DNA of 62,811 nucleotides, filler included, from Deltaproteobacteria bacterium (lineage in GTDB: Bacteria > JAEEML01): assembly GCA_016283195.1 (NCBI GenBank). It is 3 parts of 3 records of this genome, joined end to end, with 100 filler letters (N's around TTAATTAATTAA, not from the genome) between each part and the next. Parts side by side here need not be neighbours in the genome. Positions count along the whole stretch, not along the records: positions 24,086 to 52,705 come from JAEEML010000085.1; positions 52,806 to 62,811 come from JAEEML010000096.1; 1 more part is not named here. One strand, given 5' to 3'. Position 1 is the stretch's first letter; every line of letters starts with the position of its first letter. The notes beneath the pieces are model-generated. The model saw only the letters and a program-made list of their open reading frames with translations. It did not search any database and was not told where the DNA came from. Below, in pieces: positions 47,164 through 56,121 of this stretch. A program made the position numbers and the translations under genes.

Positions 47164-49706
47164 CTGATATTCCTCCTTTTTCGCCGCTTTTGGCTAAAAT
47201 TACTCAGCCCGATCAAGATACGCTTTTAGATCTATTTTTGGAATATGTGAGCGGCCTTGGCTTAGAGCTCTACCAGGCGCAGGAAGAGGCGGTGCTGGAG
47301 CTTTTTGACCACCACCATGTTATTTTGAATACGCCCACCGGTTCCGGCAAGTCGCTGGTGGCTATGGCTCTCGCCTTTATGGCTATGGCCGAAAAGCGGC
47401 GCTATTTTTATACTTGCCCCATAAAAGCGCTGGTAAACGAAAAGTTTTTTGCTCTTTGTGATGCCTTTGGTGCCCAAAATGTGGGCCTTATGACCGGTGA
47501 CGGCGCTGTTAACGGCGAAGCGCCGCTCATTTGCTGCACTGCCGAAGTGCTGAGTAATATGGCTATTGCCCAAAGAGCCGCCGATATTGCCTATGTGGTG
47601 ATGGACGAATTCCACTTTTATGGCGATAAAGAGCGCGGAGCCGCCTGGCATATTCCTCTTATTACCATGGATAAATGCCTCTTTTTGCTGATGTCGGCCA
47701 CTTTGGGCGATACCGATAATATTGCGGGAGCTCTGGAAAGTTTCAGCGGCCGGAAGGTAGCTAAAGTTACCGGCGGTGAGCGGCCGGTGCCGCTTAATTT
47801 CAGCTATGAAGAGCTCACTTACACCGAAGCGGTAATGCGCCTCTTGGAAGAGAATAAAGCCCCGATTTATTTGGTTAATTTTACGCAAAAACACTGCGGC
47901 GAAAGGGCGCAGGGCTTAACCAGCTTGCCGCTTATTGATAAAGAGACGCGCAAAAAATTAAATGAGGATCTGGCGGCCGCCCGCTTTGATACGCCCTACG
48001 GCAAGGAGCTAAAGCGCTTTTTGCAAGCCGGGGTGGGGGTGCACCATGCCGGCCTTTTGCCCAAATACCGTTTTTTGGTGGAAAAACTGGCCCAGAAGGG
48101 CTTTTTGAAGGTGGTTTCCGGCACCGACAGCCTGGGGGTGGGCGTTAATATCCCCATTCGCACCGTGCTCTTTAGCCAGCTCTGTAAATATGACGGCACC
48201 AAGAGCGCTCTCCTCACCGCCCGCCAGTTTCACCAGATTGCCGGCCGGGCCGGGCGGCGCGGCTTTGATGACACCGGCTATGTAGTGGCAATAGCTCCGG
48301 AACATATTGTGGAAAATAGGCGCATTGAGGCCAAAATAGTAAAAGACCCCCATTTAAAGAATAAACTGGTAAAAAAGACGCCGCCCAAATTTGGCTATGT
48401 GCCCTGGGATGAGGAATTTTTTAAAAAAATCATGGCCGCGCCGCCGGAGCCCTTGGCCCCGGTATTAAATATCGACCACGCCATGGTGCTCTCGGCCATC
48501 CAAAGCGGCGGCTCTTTGGGCTACGGCCACCTGATTGCCATTATAAGAGGCAGCCATCTTACTAAAGGGCAGCAGCATTTTCAGGTAAAAAGGGCCGCTA
48601 TCCTGGCCAAATCACTGATAGAAGCCGAAGTGGTGCAAATAACTGCCGACCCGGCTAATCCGCTGGCCAAAGTTTTGGCCGTGCGCCCCGATTTTCAAGA
48701 AGATTTTTCTTTAAATCAAACGCTTTCCCTCTTTTTGGTAAAAGCGGCGGAGCTTTTTAACCCGGAGAGCGAACAATATGCCTTGGATATGCTCTCACTG
48801 GTGGAAGCCATTTGCGAGAATCCCGAGCAGATTCTTACGCGTCAGCTGGATAAAATAAAAAGTGAACTCATGAATCAGATGAAGGCGGAAGGGGTGCCTT
48901 ACGAAGAGCGCATTGAGCGCCTTAATGAGGTGGAATACGAAAAGCCCAATGCCGAAGCCCTTTATGCCGCTTTTAATGAGTTTCGTCACCATCATCCTTG
49001 GACGGCCGGCAATACGGTACAGCCCAAATCCATCGCCCGTGACCTTTTTGAGCGCTCCATGGATTTTAATTATTATGTGGATTATTACGGCCTTGAGCGC
49101 CAAGAAGGGCTATTACTACGCTATCTCTCCGAGGTGGTAAAGACAGCCGAACAGAATATTCCGCAAAAATATATAGATGAGCGCCTGGCTGAGCTCATTG
49201 CCTACCTGCGTACTCTGGTGCGCCGCGTCGATTCCACCTTGCTCGATGAGTGGGCAGAGCGCCTTGAACCTGATAAACGGCCACAGCGCCAGGCAGAAAA
49301 AGCGCCGCCAAAACCTGTTGATATTGCTAAAAATCGCCAGGAATTCTTTAGACGCCTTAAAGCCGAAGTGCGCATACTTCTCACAGCTATTGCCAAAAAT
49401 GATTATGAGGGCGTTTTACTGGCCCTAAGGCCGGGGAGTGCGCCATTTAAAAATGAAAATGAATTTAAAGACTTTATGGCGCCTTATTATGCCGAATACA
49501 GCGAGATAAATTGCATCCGCAAAGCGCTTCTTAGCGAATTTACCACCATTAGCGAGGCCGGCCCCAGGCTCTGGGCCATCAGCCAGGTGCTCCTTGATAA
49601 AGAGGGCGCCACCGAATTTGCTCTTAGCCTAAAGGTGGATTTAAATGGCCCCTATGAGGCCGATTTGCCGGTGATTGAGCTGAAAGAACTTTTGGGCGAT
49701 ATGTGA
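47160..49706 (+). CDS. SF2 DEAD/DEAH (Ski2/HelY-like, DUF3516) helicase
   Basis: PTGSGKS, PIKALVNEKF, DEFH, MSAT, HHAG and QIAGRAGR motifs. Confidence 0.9.
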   Translation: MTDIPPFSPLLAKITQPDQDTLLDLFLEYVSGLGLELYQAQEEAVLELFDHHHVILNTPTGSGKSLVAMALAFMAMAEKRRYFYTCPIKALVNEKFFALCDAFGAQNVGLMTGDGAVNGEAPLICCTAEVLSNMAIAQRAADIAYVVMDEFHFYGDKERGAAWHIPLITMDKCLFLLMSATLGDTDNIAGALESFSGRKVAKVTGGERPVPLNFSYEELTYTEAVMRLLEENKAPIYLVNFTQKHCGERAQGLTSLPLIDKETRKKLNEDLAAARFDTPYGKELKRFLQAGVGVHHAGLLPKYRFLVEKLAQKGFLKVVSGTDSLGVGVNIPIRTVLFSQLCKYDGTKSALLTARQFHQIAGRAGRRGFDDTGYVVAIAPEHIVENRRIEAKIVKDPHLKNKLVKKTPPKFGYVPWDEEFFKKIMAAPPEPLAPVLNIDHAMVLSAIQSGGSLGYGHLIAIIRGSHLTKGQQHFQVKRAAILAKSLIEAEVVQITADPANPLAKVLAVRPDFQEDFSLNQTLSLFLVKAAELFNPESEQYALDMLSLVEAICENPEQILTRQLDKIKSELMNQMKAEGVPYEERIERLNEVEYEKPNAEALYAAFNEFRHHHPWTAGNTVQPKSIARDLFERSMDFNYYVDYYGLERQEGLLLRYLSEVVKTAEQNIPQKYIDERLAELIAYLRTLVRRVDSTLLDEWAERLEPDKRPQRQAEKAPPKPVDIAKNRQEFFRRLKAEVRILLTAIAKNDYEGVLLALRPGSAPFKNENEFKDFMAPYYAEYSEINCIRKALLSEFTTISEAGPRLWAISQVLLDKEGATEFALSLKVDLNGPYEADLPVIELKELLGDM

Positions 49707-49921
49707 TTGATGTAGCTCTTTTAAAGGCCGATACCAACGCTCGCTGCTAAGAGAGATCTATCCTGTTTTCGCTGGTGGTTCGCCCAAATTTTAGGCTAAG
49801 TATGCCCGGAGCGCTATGCGCTTTTCTTGGACCTCTCCACTTAACTTATTGGATTTTTAAGAAAATCACCCCTCTGCCTGCGGCGCCCTCACCCAGACCA
49901 TCAGAGCCAATTTTTACCACG

Positions 49922-50310
49922 CGCCGCCTCTCCATTTTTACAAATGGCGAGGGGCCTCATCTATTTGAATTTATATGCTTTCCACAAATGGCTACCGAGC
50001 TCGCAGGGCGCGGGGCGGTAGCCCTGCACATAGCCCCCGGGAAAGAGCTGCTTTGGGACCTGGCAGACGGATGGCACAGCACAAAAGAAGCTATGAATCT
50101 GCAAACTCACATAAACATCAAGAAATATTATGACACCACGGGTTCCAAGGGTGTCCCTTGGTTGTGCGGAGGAAAGACTCCCGTTTCCCCTTTCACTACA
50201 GTAGCTATCTGCAGTGAAAATCAAATCTGAAATCAACGTACAAGGAAGGGAGCGGGAAGGAAAACCAGAGCGCTTCGAAAGTAGCGGGGTTTTCCTGCCC
50301 GCAATGAAAA
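49922..50310 (+). repeat. Most complete copy of the structured modular repeat (A...C-B-D)
   Basis: Contains all modules found at 148-233, 19095-19207, 20262-20370 and 21146-21178. Lies between convergent genes. Confidence 0.75.
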
Positions 50311-50446
50311 AAGAGATAAATTCCAATATGAACCAGCCACCAAAAAAAACGCGCGAGACACCCAAAATCGAGTTTTTAAATTTTGTTTTATCTTAAAAAA
50401 CAACAACTTAATTTTTTAAAGGGGAGCAAGTGCCGAAAACAGGAAA

Positions 50447-51196
50447 CTAATTCTTATTGGCGAGGACCGACTTAGGATTGGGGAAGGGGTGCGTTTCCAC
50501 TTTAAGAGCCCTAAGTTTCCACACCATGGTGAGCGCTTCGGTAAAGATGCCGCCGCTCATTTTTGAGGTGCCTTCAACGCGATCGACAAAGACAAAAGGT
50601 AGCTCCGTTACTTGGTATCCCAATTTTACCGCCCGGTAATTCATCTCGATTTGAAAGCCAAAACCCGCTGTTTTTACGCCGCTTTTTAAAATATCTTCCA
50701 AAAGATTGCGCCGCCAACATTTGAAGCCGCCGGTAAGATCGCGCACTTTTACTCCCAAAACCAGGCGCGAGTAGAAGGAGCCGCCGCGGCTGATAAATTG
50801 CCTCTTTAAGGGCCAGTTTTCCGTGCCGCCGCCCTTTACATAGCGTGAAGCGATAACGAGGTCGGCTTTTTCGCTCTCGGCTATCATCTTGGGAATCATA
50901 CTCACCGGGTGACTAAAATCGGCATCCATTTGCAAAATGAGTTCATAGCCCTTAGCGATAGCCCAAGCAAAGCCCTCCAGATAAGCCTTGCCTAATCCCT
51001 CTTTGCCTTTTCTATGTAGCACATTAATGCGGCTGTCGGCGGCGGCCAGGCGGTCGGCAATTTCGCCGGTACCATCCGGGGAATTGTCATCTATAATGAG
51101 CAAATCAAGCGGGGAGCTTTCTAAAATTGCCTTGGAAATCTTTTCCAGATTCTCTTTTTCGTTGTAAGTGGGCAGGCAGACGACAGCTTTATTCAT
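50447..51196 (-). CDS. Polyprenol-phosphate mannose synthase-like GT2
   Basis: PTYNEKEN, IDDNSPDGT, GLGKAY, QMDADFSH and DLTGGFKCW motifs. Confidence 0.9.
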   Translation of the reverse strand: MNKAVVCLPTYNEKENLEKISKAILESSPLDLLIIDDNSPDGTGEIADRLAAADSRINVLHRKGKEGLGKAYLEGFAWAIAKGYELILQMDADFSHPVSMIPKMIAESEKADLVIASRYVKGGGTENWPLKRQFISRGGSFYSRLVLGVKVRDLTGGFKCWRRNLLEDILKSGVKTAGFGFQIEMNYRAVKLGYQVTELPFVFVDRVEGTSKMSGGIFTEALTMVWKLRALKVETHPFPNPKSVLANKN

Positions 51197-52406
51197 TTTG
51201 ACTCCTTTCTTCAAGCGGCCTTGGGCCGGGAGAAGTGATATAAGGCTTTAATTGGGCGGCGACAGTATATGAGGCTTTATGCTCGCCCAAAAGGTTTTTT
51301 AAATGTAAAAGTTCATTTTTTAAAGTGTTTCTTTTAGTTTCGTCATAGAGCAGGGTGCTAAGTTCATCGGCGAGCGCCTCTGGGGTAAAATCATTTTGAA
51401 TGAGCTCTTTTACCAAATTGCGACCGGCAATGAGGTTAACCAAAGAAATAGCTTTAACATCAACTAAATGCGAGAGGAAGAAAAAGGAGAGGGCACTTAA
51501 GCGATAAAAGACCACCAGCGGGCAGCCCAAAAGAGCAGTTTGCAAAGTGGCGGTGCCGCTACAGACGGCGGCGGCATCGCTGGCCAAAACAGCACTTTGG
51601 GCCGCCCCGTCTATAAGGCGCACATCGAGCTCTTTATAGGCGGCCAGCATGGCGCTGATAGGCTCTTTCAGCTCTGGCGCCGCCACTGGGATGACAAAGG
51701 TTAAATGGCCGTGACGCTCAGTGAGCAGCCGCGCGGCGGCCAGAAGCCGCTCAAGGTGGCGGGCTATTTCGCTTTTGCGGGAACCGGGCAGGAGCGCCAC
51801 CACCTTGGCGGCTTCCGGGAGCTTTAGCTCCCGCCTGGCTGCGGCCTGGCCCGGAAGAGCAGTTTGCTCTTCCACCAGCGGATGGCCCACAAATTCCACC
51901 GGCACGCCGTAATCTTTATAGAGCTTTTCCTCAAAGGGCAAAATCACCAGCATCTTATCCACCAGGCGGCGGATTTTTTTGATGCGTCCCTTACGCCAAG
52001 CCCACACCTGGGGGCTTATATAATAAAAAATGGGAATCCGCCGCCGGCGCAATCTTTGGGCCAGCCGCAGGTTAAAATCGGGTAAATCCAGCAAAATAGC
52101 TGCCTGAGGGCGATAGAGATCGGCCGCAGCCAGGAGCCGCCGCGCGGCGCGGAAAATACGGGGCAAAGCCATAAGCACTTCGGTGAGGCCCATTACAGAA
52201 ATCTCGCTACTTTTCACGATAGGCACAAAGCCTTCCGCTTCCATCAGCGGGCCGCCGATGCCAAAGATGAAGAGATCGGGGTCGGCCTCTTTCAGGCGCT
52301 TTACCACAAAAGAGCCGTGCAAATCGGCCGAGGCCTCCCCGGCCACCATCAAAATGGCCTTTTTAGGCAAAGTGGCTGGTATTGCTGCGGCTTCTTGGCT
52401 ACTCAA
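51189..52406 (-). CDS. lpxB: Lipid-A-disaccharide synthase
   Basis: [43 protein letters not shown] and SGTATL motifs. Confidence 0.95.
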   Translation of the reverse strand: MSSQEAAAIPATLPKKAILMVAGEASADLHGSFVVKRLKEADPDLFIFGIGGPLMEAEGFVPIVKSSEISVMGLTEVLMALPRIFRAARRLLAAADLYRPQAAILLDLPDFNLRLAQRLRRRRIPIFYYISPQVWAWRKGRIKKIRRLVDKMLVILPFEEKLYKDYGVPVEFVGHPLVEEQTALPGQAAARRELKLPEAAKVVALLPGSRKSEIARHLERLLAAARLLTERHGHLTFVIPVAAPELKEPISAMLAAYKELDVRLIDGAAQSAVLASDAAAVCSGTATLQTALLGCPLVVFYRLSALSFFFLSHLVDVKAISLVNLIAGRNLVKELIQNDFTPEALADELSTLLYDETKRNTLKNELLHLKNLLGEHKASYTVAAQLKPYITSPGPRPLEERSQNE

Positions 52407-52705
52407 TTGGGGGCTCCTTTCCTAAAACCCAGAGGCACTCTGGACTAAAGAGGGAGTTAAAGTCAAAAACTATTTTAGGGCAGAAACTATTTTTACCCCT
52501 GGCCTGGGCTATAAAATTTTCAAATTTGGCGTAGGCGTCGAAAATTTGCCCCTGGAAGAAGATACCCTGTTCGGTAAAAGCGTATGGAGCGCGCCTTAGC
52601 CCCATTTTATCGGCATTGGAGGTCGCAAATTGCGACTTCCAATGGGCAAATTCTTCATTATTCAATTGAAACATAAAGTTTTCAGGAAACCGTTCAATAT
52701 TGCGC
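52399..52705 (-). pseudogene. ORF6N-domain gene remnant, internally deleted and cut by the contig end
   Basis: [14 protein letters not shown]...[21 protein letters not shown] is joined directly to [11 protein letters not shown]. Confidence 0.7.
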
Positions 52706-52805
52706 NNNNNNNNNNNNNNNNNNNNNNNNNNNNNNNNNNNNNNNNNNNNTTAATTAATTAANNNNNNNNNNNNNNNNNNNNNNNNNNNNNNNNNNNNNNN
52801 NNNNN
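52706..52805. other. Artificial contig linker
   Basis: 100 bp of N with a central TTAATTAATTAA. Confidence 0.97.
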
Positions 52806-52810
52806 AATGG

Positions 52811-53167
52811 GTGTCCTACGGTAATTTCACCAACGAAAGCACAAAAAACAGCGTTTTCTTGTTCTTGAATGGTTATAACGATAATATAATTTACACTTGT
52901 AACCAATGGGACTACTGTGATTCTGTTTCTGTAGAAGTCGTGCAGAGTGCAATTGCCTCGAATATGTCAGAAGACGAAAAACAGAAATGGATTAATGTCC
53001 TTTGCAACTATGGCGATTACCAGCGCGCTAGTGGCTACGCCGACGGCATCGCCTTTGAAGTCAAAGTGAGTTTGCAGAGTGGCGAAGAGCCGAAGACATT
53101 TGTCGCTAGTGCCAAGAGAGATGATTGGCACGAACCTACTTCTGAAGATTCTAACTTGCACAATTAA
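52811..53167 (+). CDS. Hypothetical protein, probably 5'-truncated by the gap
   Basis: Open frame from the contig edge. No family recognised. Confidence 0.4.
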   Translation: MSYGNFTNESTKNSVFLFLNGYNDNIIYTCNQWDYCDSVSVEVVQSAIASNMSEDEKQKWINVLCNYGDYQRASGYADGIAFEVKVSLQSGEEPKTFVASAKRDDWHEPTSEDSNLHN

Positions 53168-53294
53168 AAAGGCGCAACCTAAAATCTCAAATTTCGCCAC
53201 CCGTTTTTAGAGTTCCATTTAAGCCGCTACTATAAACGCATCATAATATTATAAAAAGCGTTTTTTTTCATCCGGGATTATAATGGCACCCACT

Positions 53295-54176
53295 TTACTT
53301 AAGGCAGCGCACGGAGATCATTAAATTTTTGTCGCAGCTCGTTATTTCCGCTCCGGCAGTATTTATTTTGTAACAATATGCGGCGCCTTCATTATTCTCA
53401 TCAGGAGAGTAAGACCAGAAATAGGTAAATTGCCCGAATACGCTATAGGTTCCGTTGGCTTCACAAGAGCCGGCCGGCAGAGCTGAAAAGCCATAAATAT
53501 CGCTACCGCCCCAGCTGGTGGCGGCCAGTTTGTCAAAAGAGTCACTGCAGGTGCGGTTACAAATTTCATTTTCCAGCACTAGCCAATCTCTTTTTAGCGG
53601 CAGATGCCAGCCGTCAGGACAAAAATCAGCGGCGCTTGCTGTGTCAAAGTTATACAAAAGGCCATAAGTAAAGTCGTAATAATCTAAATTATTAACATGG
53701 CGATAAGCATTATTGGTAGCTAGGCGATAATTTTCGGCCATCCACGTTTGGGTGCCGATCTGCACCGTTTTATATTTATGCCCCGCCGCATCGGTAACAA
53801 AACCTTCACCTTTGTTTAAAATTACACATTCCTTTTTATCGTTACAGTATCCGGTGCCGCACTGGGCATCAATACTACAGTTACTACCGGCAATATCGGT
53901 GTTGCTATCGGTATTGCTATCAAGAGTGTCTGTATTGTGCTGGCATACTTTGGCCAGGCAAGTGCTCTTTTTGGGGCAATCTTTATCACTCTCACAAAGC
54001 GGCGCACATTCGCCATTAGCAAAATAAGAACTATTAATGCACTTATAACCGGCCAGACATTTGTAATTGACATCGCAAGGATAGAACCCCGAACGGCCAT
54101 CATCAAAATTTAAGCAGCCGGAAATTATTAAAAGCGGTAAAAAAGTGCTTAAAAGTGCTAAGTTTATGGCTTTCAT
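53295..54176 (-). CDS. FISUMP domain lipoprotein with Cys-rich N-terminus
   Basis: Lipobox ISGC. YKTVQIGTQTWMAEN, YGLLY, CPDGWHLP, GFSALPAG and SVRCLK motifs. Paralog of 21220-21966. Confidence 0.88.
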   Translation of the reverse strand: MKAINLALLSTFLPLLIISGCLNFDDGRSGFYPCDVNYKCLAGYKCINSSYFANGECAPLCESDKDCPKKSTCLAKVCQHNTDTLDSNTDSNTDIAGSNCSIDAQCGTGYCNDKKECVILNKGEGFVTDAAGHKYKTVQIGTQTWMAENYRLATNNAYRHVNNLDYYDFTYGLLYNFDTASAADFCPDGWHLPLKRDWLVLENEICNRTCSDSFDKLAATSWGGSDIYGFSALPAGSCEANGTYSVFGQFTYFWSYSPDENNEGAAYCYKINTAGAEITSCDKNLMISVRCLK

Positions 54177-54185
54177 CTTTTTCTC

Positions 54186-55832
54186 CTACCATTGGCCGCC
54201 GATTAAGAACATGGCTGTTTGTTCATCTATGGTCGGGGCAAAAGTAACAAACTTATTTTTATTATTTTTTTTGCTCTTGTGATATTTGGCGCCTAAAACT
54301 GCGGCTGTAATCACCGCTGCCCCGGCTATGCCAAATGAGACATAGCTGCCAATTTCCATAGCGCGCCCTTTTTGGGCCACATCAGCCAATTCCAGCTGGG
54401 ATGGCACATCCTTTAGCTCAAGGGTTCCCTTTCTAACAGAGTCGATATTCCCGGACATACGCTGGTTTGTTCGCGCTTTACCGGCTGCCAAGGCCATAAG
54501 TACCGCGCCGCTGATAATTCCGCCGCCGCCGCCGGCTACACCGGTTGCAACAGCTCCTATGAGATAGCGCTTATTACCAGTTTGGGGCTTTGGAGCGCTT
54601 TTAGTTTTAGCTTTTCCCTCTTTTTCTTCTGCTGCTTTTTTTCCTTTAGGGGGAATGGGGGCGGCTTTTTCCTGATTTGGCGCTGCTATATCGGTTTTAG
54701 CTACTGCCGGTGGTTCGGCCCTTTCTGCTTCTAGGGCATCTTTTATGCAGCGCACTGCCAAATAGCTCTCCATCTTGCCGCTATTTACGGTGACATTACT
54801 AATATTCACATAGAGACCATAGGCCTGATTTTTGCCGCGCTCGCTAGCGGACCAGAAGTAGGCCTCGGTATCAAAAAAAGCACAGCCGTCTTTATCGCAG
54901 CTACCGGCCGGGAGGGCAGAAAAGCCGGAAAGATCTTTGCCTTTTTCCCACCTCTTGTGCCTTAGGTTATCGGAACCTTTTTCGCCTTTGCCCACTTGGA
55001 TTAGCAGGCGGTCGAAATCCACTTTGCTCGGCAAGTGCCACCCGGCCGGGCAGACTTTTTGCGCCGCGCTCCAATTATATAATATGCCGTATTCATTCGG
55101 TTTATTGGTGGCTTTATAATCTATGTCATCGCTGATGTATTTCATGTTTTCGGCCAGCCAAATCCGGCCGCCGATTTGGGCTGTTCTATAGGTATTGCCA
55201 TCTCGCGGGTCATTAAAGGTGGACTGTTTATTGCTCCCGGCGGTATCTTTTACGCAGCGCACGGAAAGAGCATCGGTTATTTGATTATGGCAATGTTGAG
55301 CCGAAACTTTGTCATAATTTAAAAACATGGCATAGGCATTAGCTCCTTCGGCATCGCATTCTGTTGCCGACCAGAAATAGGCGCTCTGGCCAAATTCAAA
55401 ATAGCTGCCTTGGCTATAAGTGCCGGCCGGCAGAGCGGAAAAGCCGGAACCGTTTTGGCCCTCTTTAAAGGCGCTGTCTCTAAGCGCAGCTGAGCCTTCC
55501 GCTCCTTCGCCCACCTGGATTAAAAGGCGCCCCAGTTCCACTCTGCTGGGCAGATGCCAGCCAATGGGACAGACTTTTTGCGCATCGGCCCAGCTGTAGA
55601 GGCAGCCATAATTCTTTACTGAGCTGCCATGCTTGCTGTCGGTCTTGCAACTAATTTCATCGGCAATGTATTTCATATTTTCGGCCATCCAGGTTTCTCG
55701 GCCGATTTTGACTGTTTTATAAGTCGTGCCGTCACGGTCATCGGTGAATGAGCCCTGCTCTTGGCCAAAAGCAGGAAAAGTGAAAAATAAAGCCAGAGAA
55801 AAAAGCGCTATTTTAAGCGGACGGCCTTTCAT
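54186..55832 (-). CDS. Exported protein with two FISUMP domains and C-terminal membrane anchor
   Basis: ATG at 55832 follows AAGAGGAG. Signal peptide ..FPAFGQ, two FISUMP repeats and terminal MFLIGGQW. The ORF is also open upstream through the SSR leader to 55997. Confidence 0.85.
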   Translation of the reverse strand: MKGRPLKIALFSLALFFTFPAFGQEQGSFTDDRDGTTYKTVKIGRETWMAENMKYIADEISCKTDSKHGSSVKNYGCLYSWADAQKVCPIGWHLPSRVELGRLLIQVGEGAEGSAALRDSAFKEGQNGSGFSALPAGTYSQGSYFEFGQSAYFWSATECDAEGANAYAMFLNYDKVSAQHCHNQITDALSVRCVKDTAGSNKQSTFNDPRDGNTYRTAQIGGRIWLAENMKYISDDIDYKATNKPNEYGILYNWSAAQKVCPAGWHLPSKVDFDRLLIQVGKGEKGSDNLRHKRWEKGKDLSGFSALPAGSCDKDGCAFFDTEAYFWSASERGKNQAYGLYVNISNVTVNSGKMESYLAVRCIKDALEAERAEPPAVAKTDIAAPNQEKAAPIPPKGKKAAEEKEGKAKTKSAPKPQTGNKRYLIGAVATGVAGGGGGIISGAVLMALAAGKARTNQRMSGNIDSVRKGTLELKDVPSQLELADVAQKGRAMEIGSYVSFGIAGAAVITAAVLGAKYHKSKKNNKNKFVTFAPTIDEQTAMFLIGGQW

Positions 55833-55967
55833 AAAAACTCCTCTTTTATTAATAAACTTGTGCGGCTTTGCAAAGTAAAACAGGCAAAACTGTGCGAAAT
55901 TATATGATAAATTATGAATTTTAGATTGCTTGAAATTTAAGTATGTGTTAAAATTGAATAAAGCGAC

Positions 55968-55992
55968 TGAACTGAACTGAACTGAACTGAAC
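55968..55992. repeat. Simple sequence repeat (TGAAC)5 in a leader ORF
   Basis: Five copies. Flanks are homologous to 23808-23935, and there is a minus-strand ATG at 55997. Confidence 0.85.
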
Positions 55993-56121
55993 TGCATATA
56001 CATACCCTTATAAGCCAAACAAAAGCTTAAAAAAAAATAGCATAGTTATATATAAGGAGCAAGAGGAAAAGCGGGCAGGCGTCCTGGGGGCTTTATTGTA
56101 TAATTGTAGTGATTTTAAAGG

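Noticed and set aside
49775-50396. ORFs 49775-50230, 49961-50365, 50214-50396 and 65-253
   Set aside because: They run through the non-coding structured repeat and have no protein-like features.
53295-55832. DGR template/variable repeat pairs among the other FISUMP domains
   Set aside because: They differ from 21220-21420 at all base types, include indels, and lack AAY enrichment. They look like ordinary paralogs.
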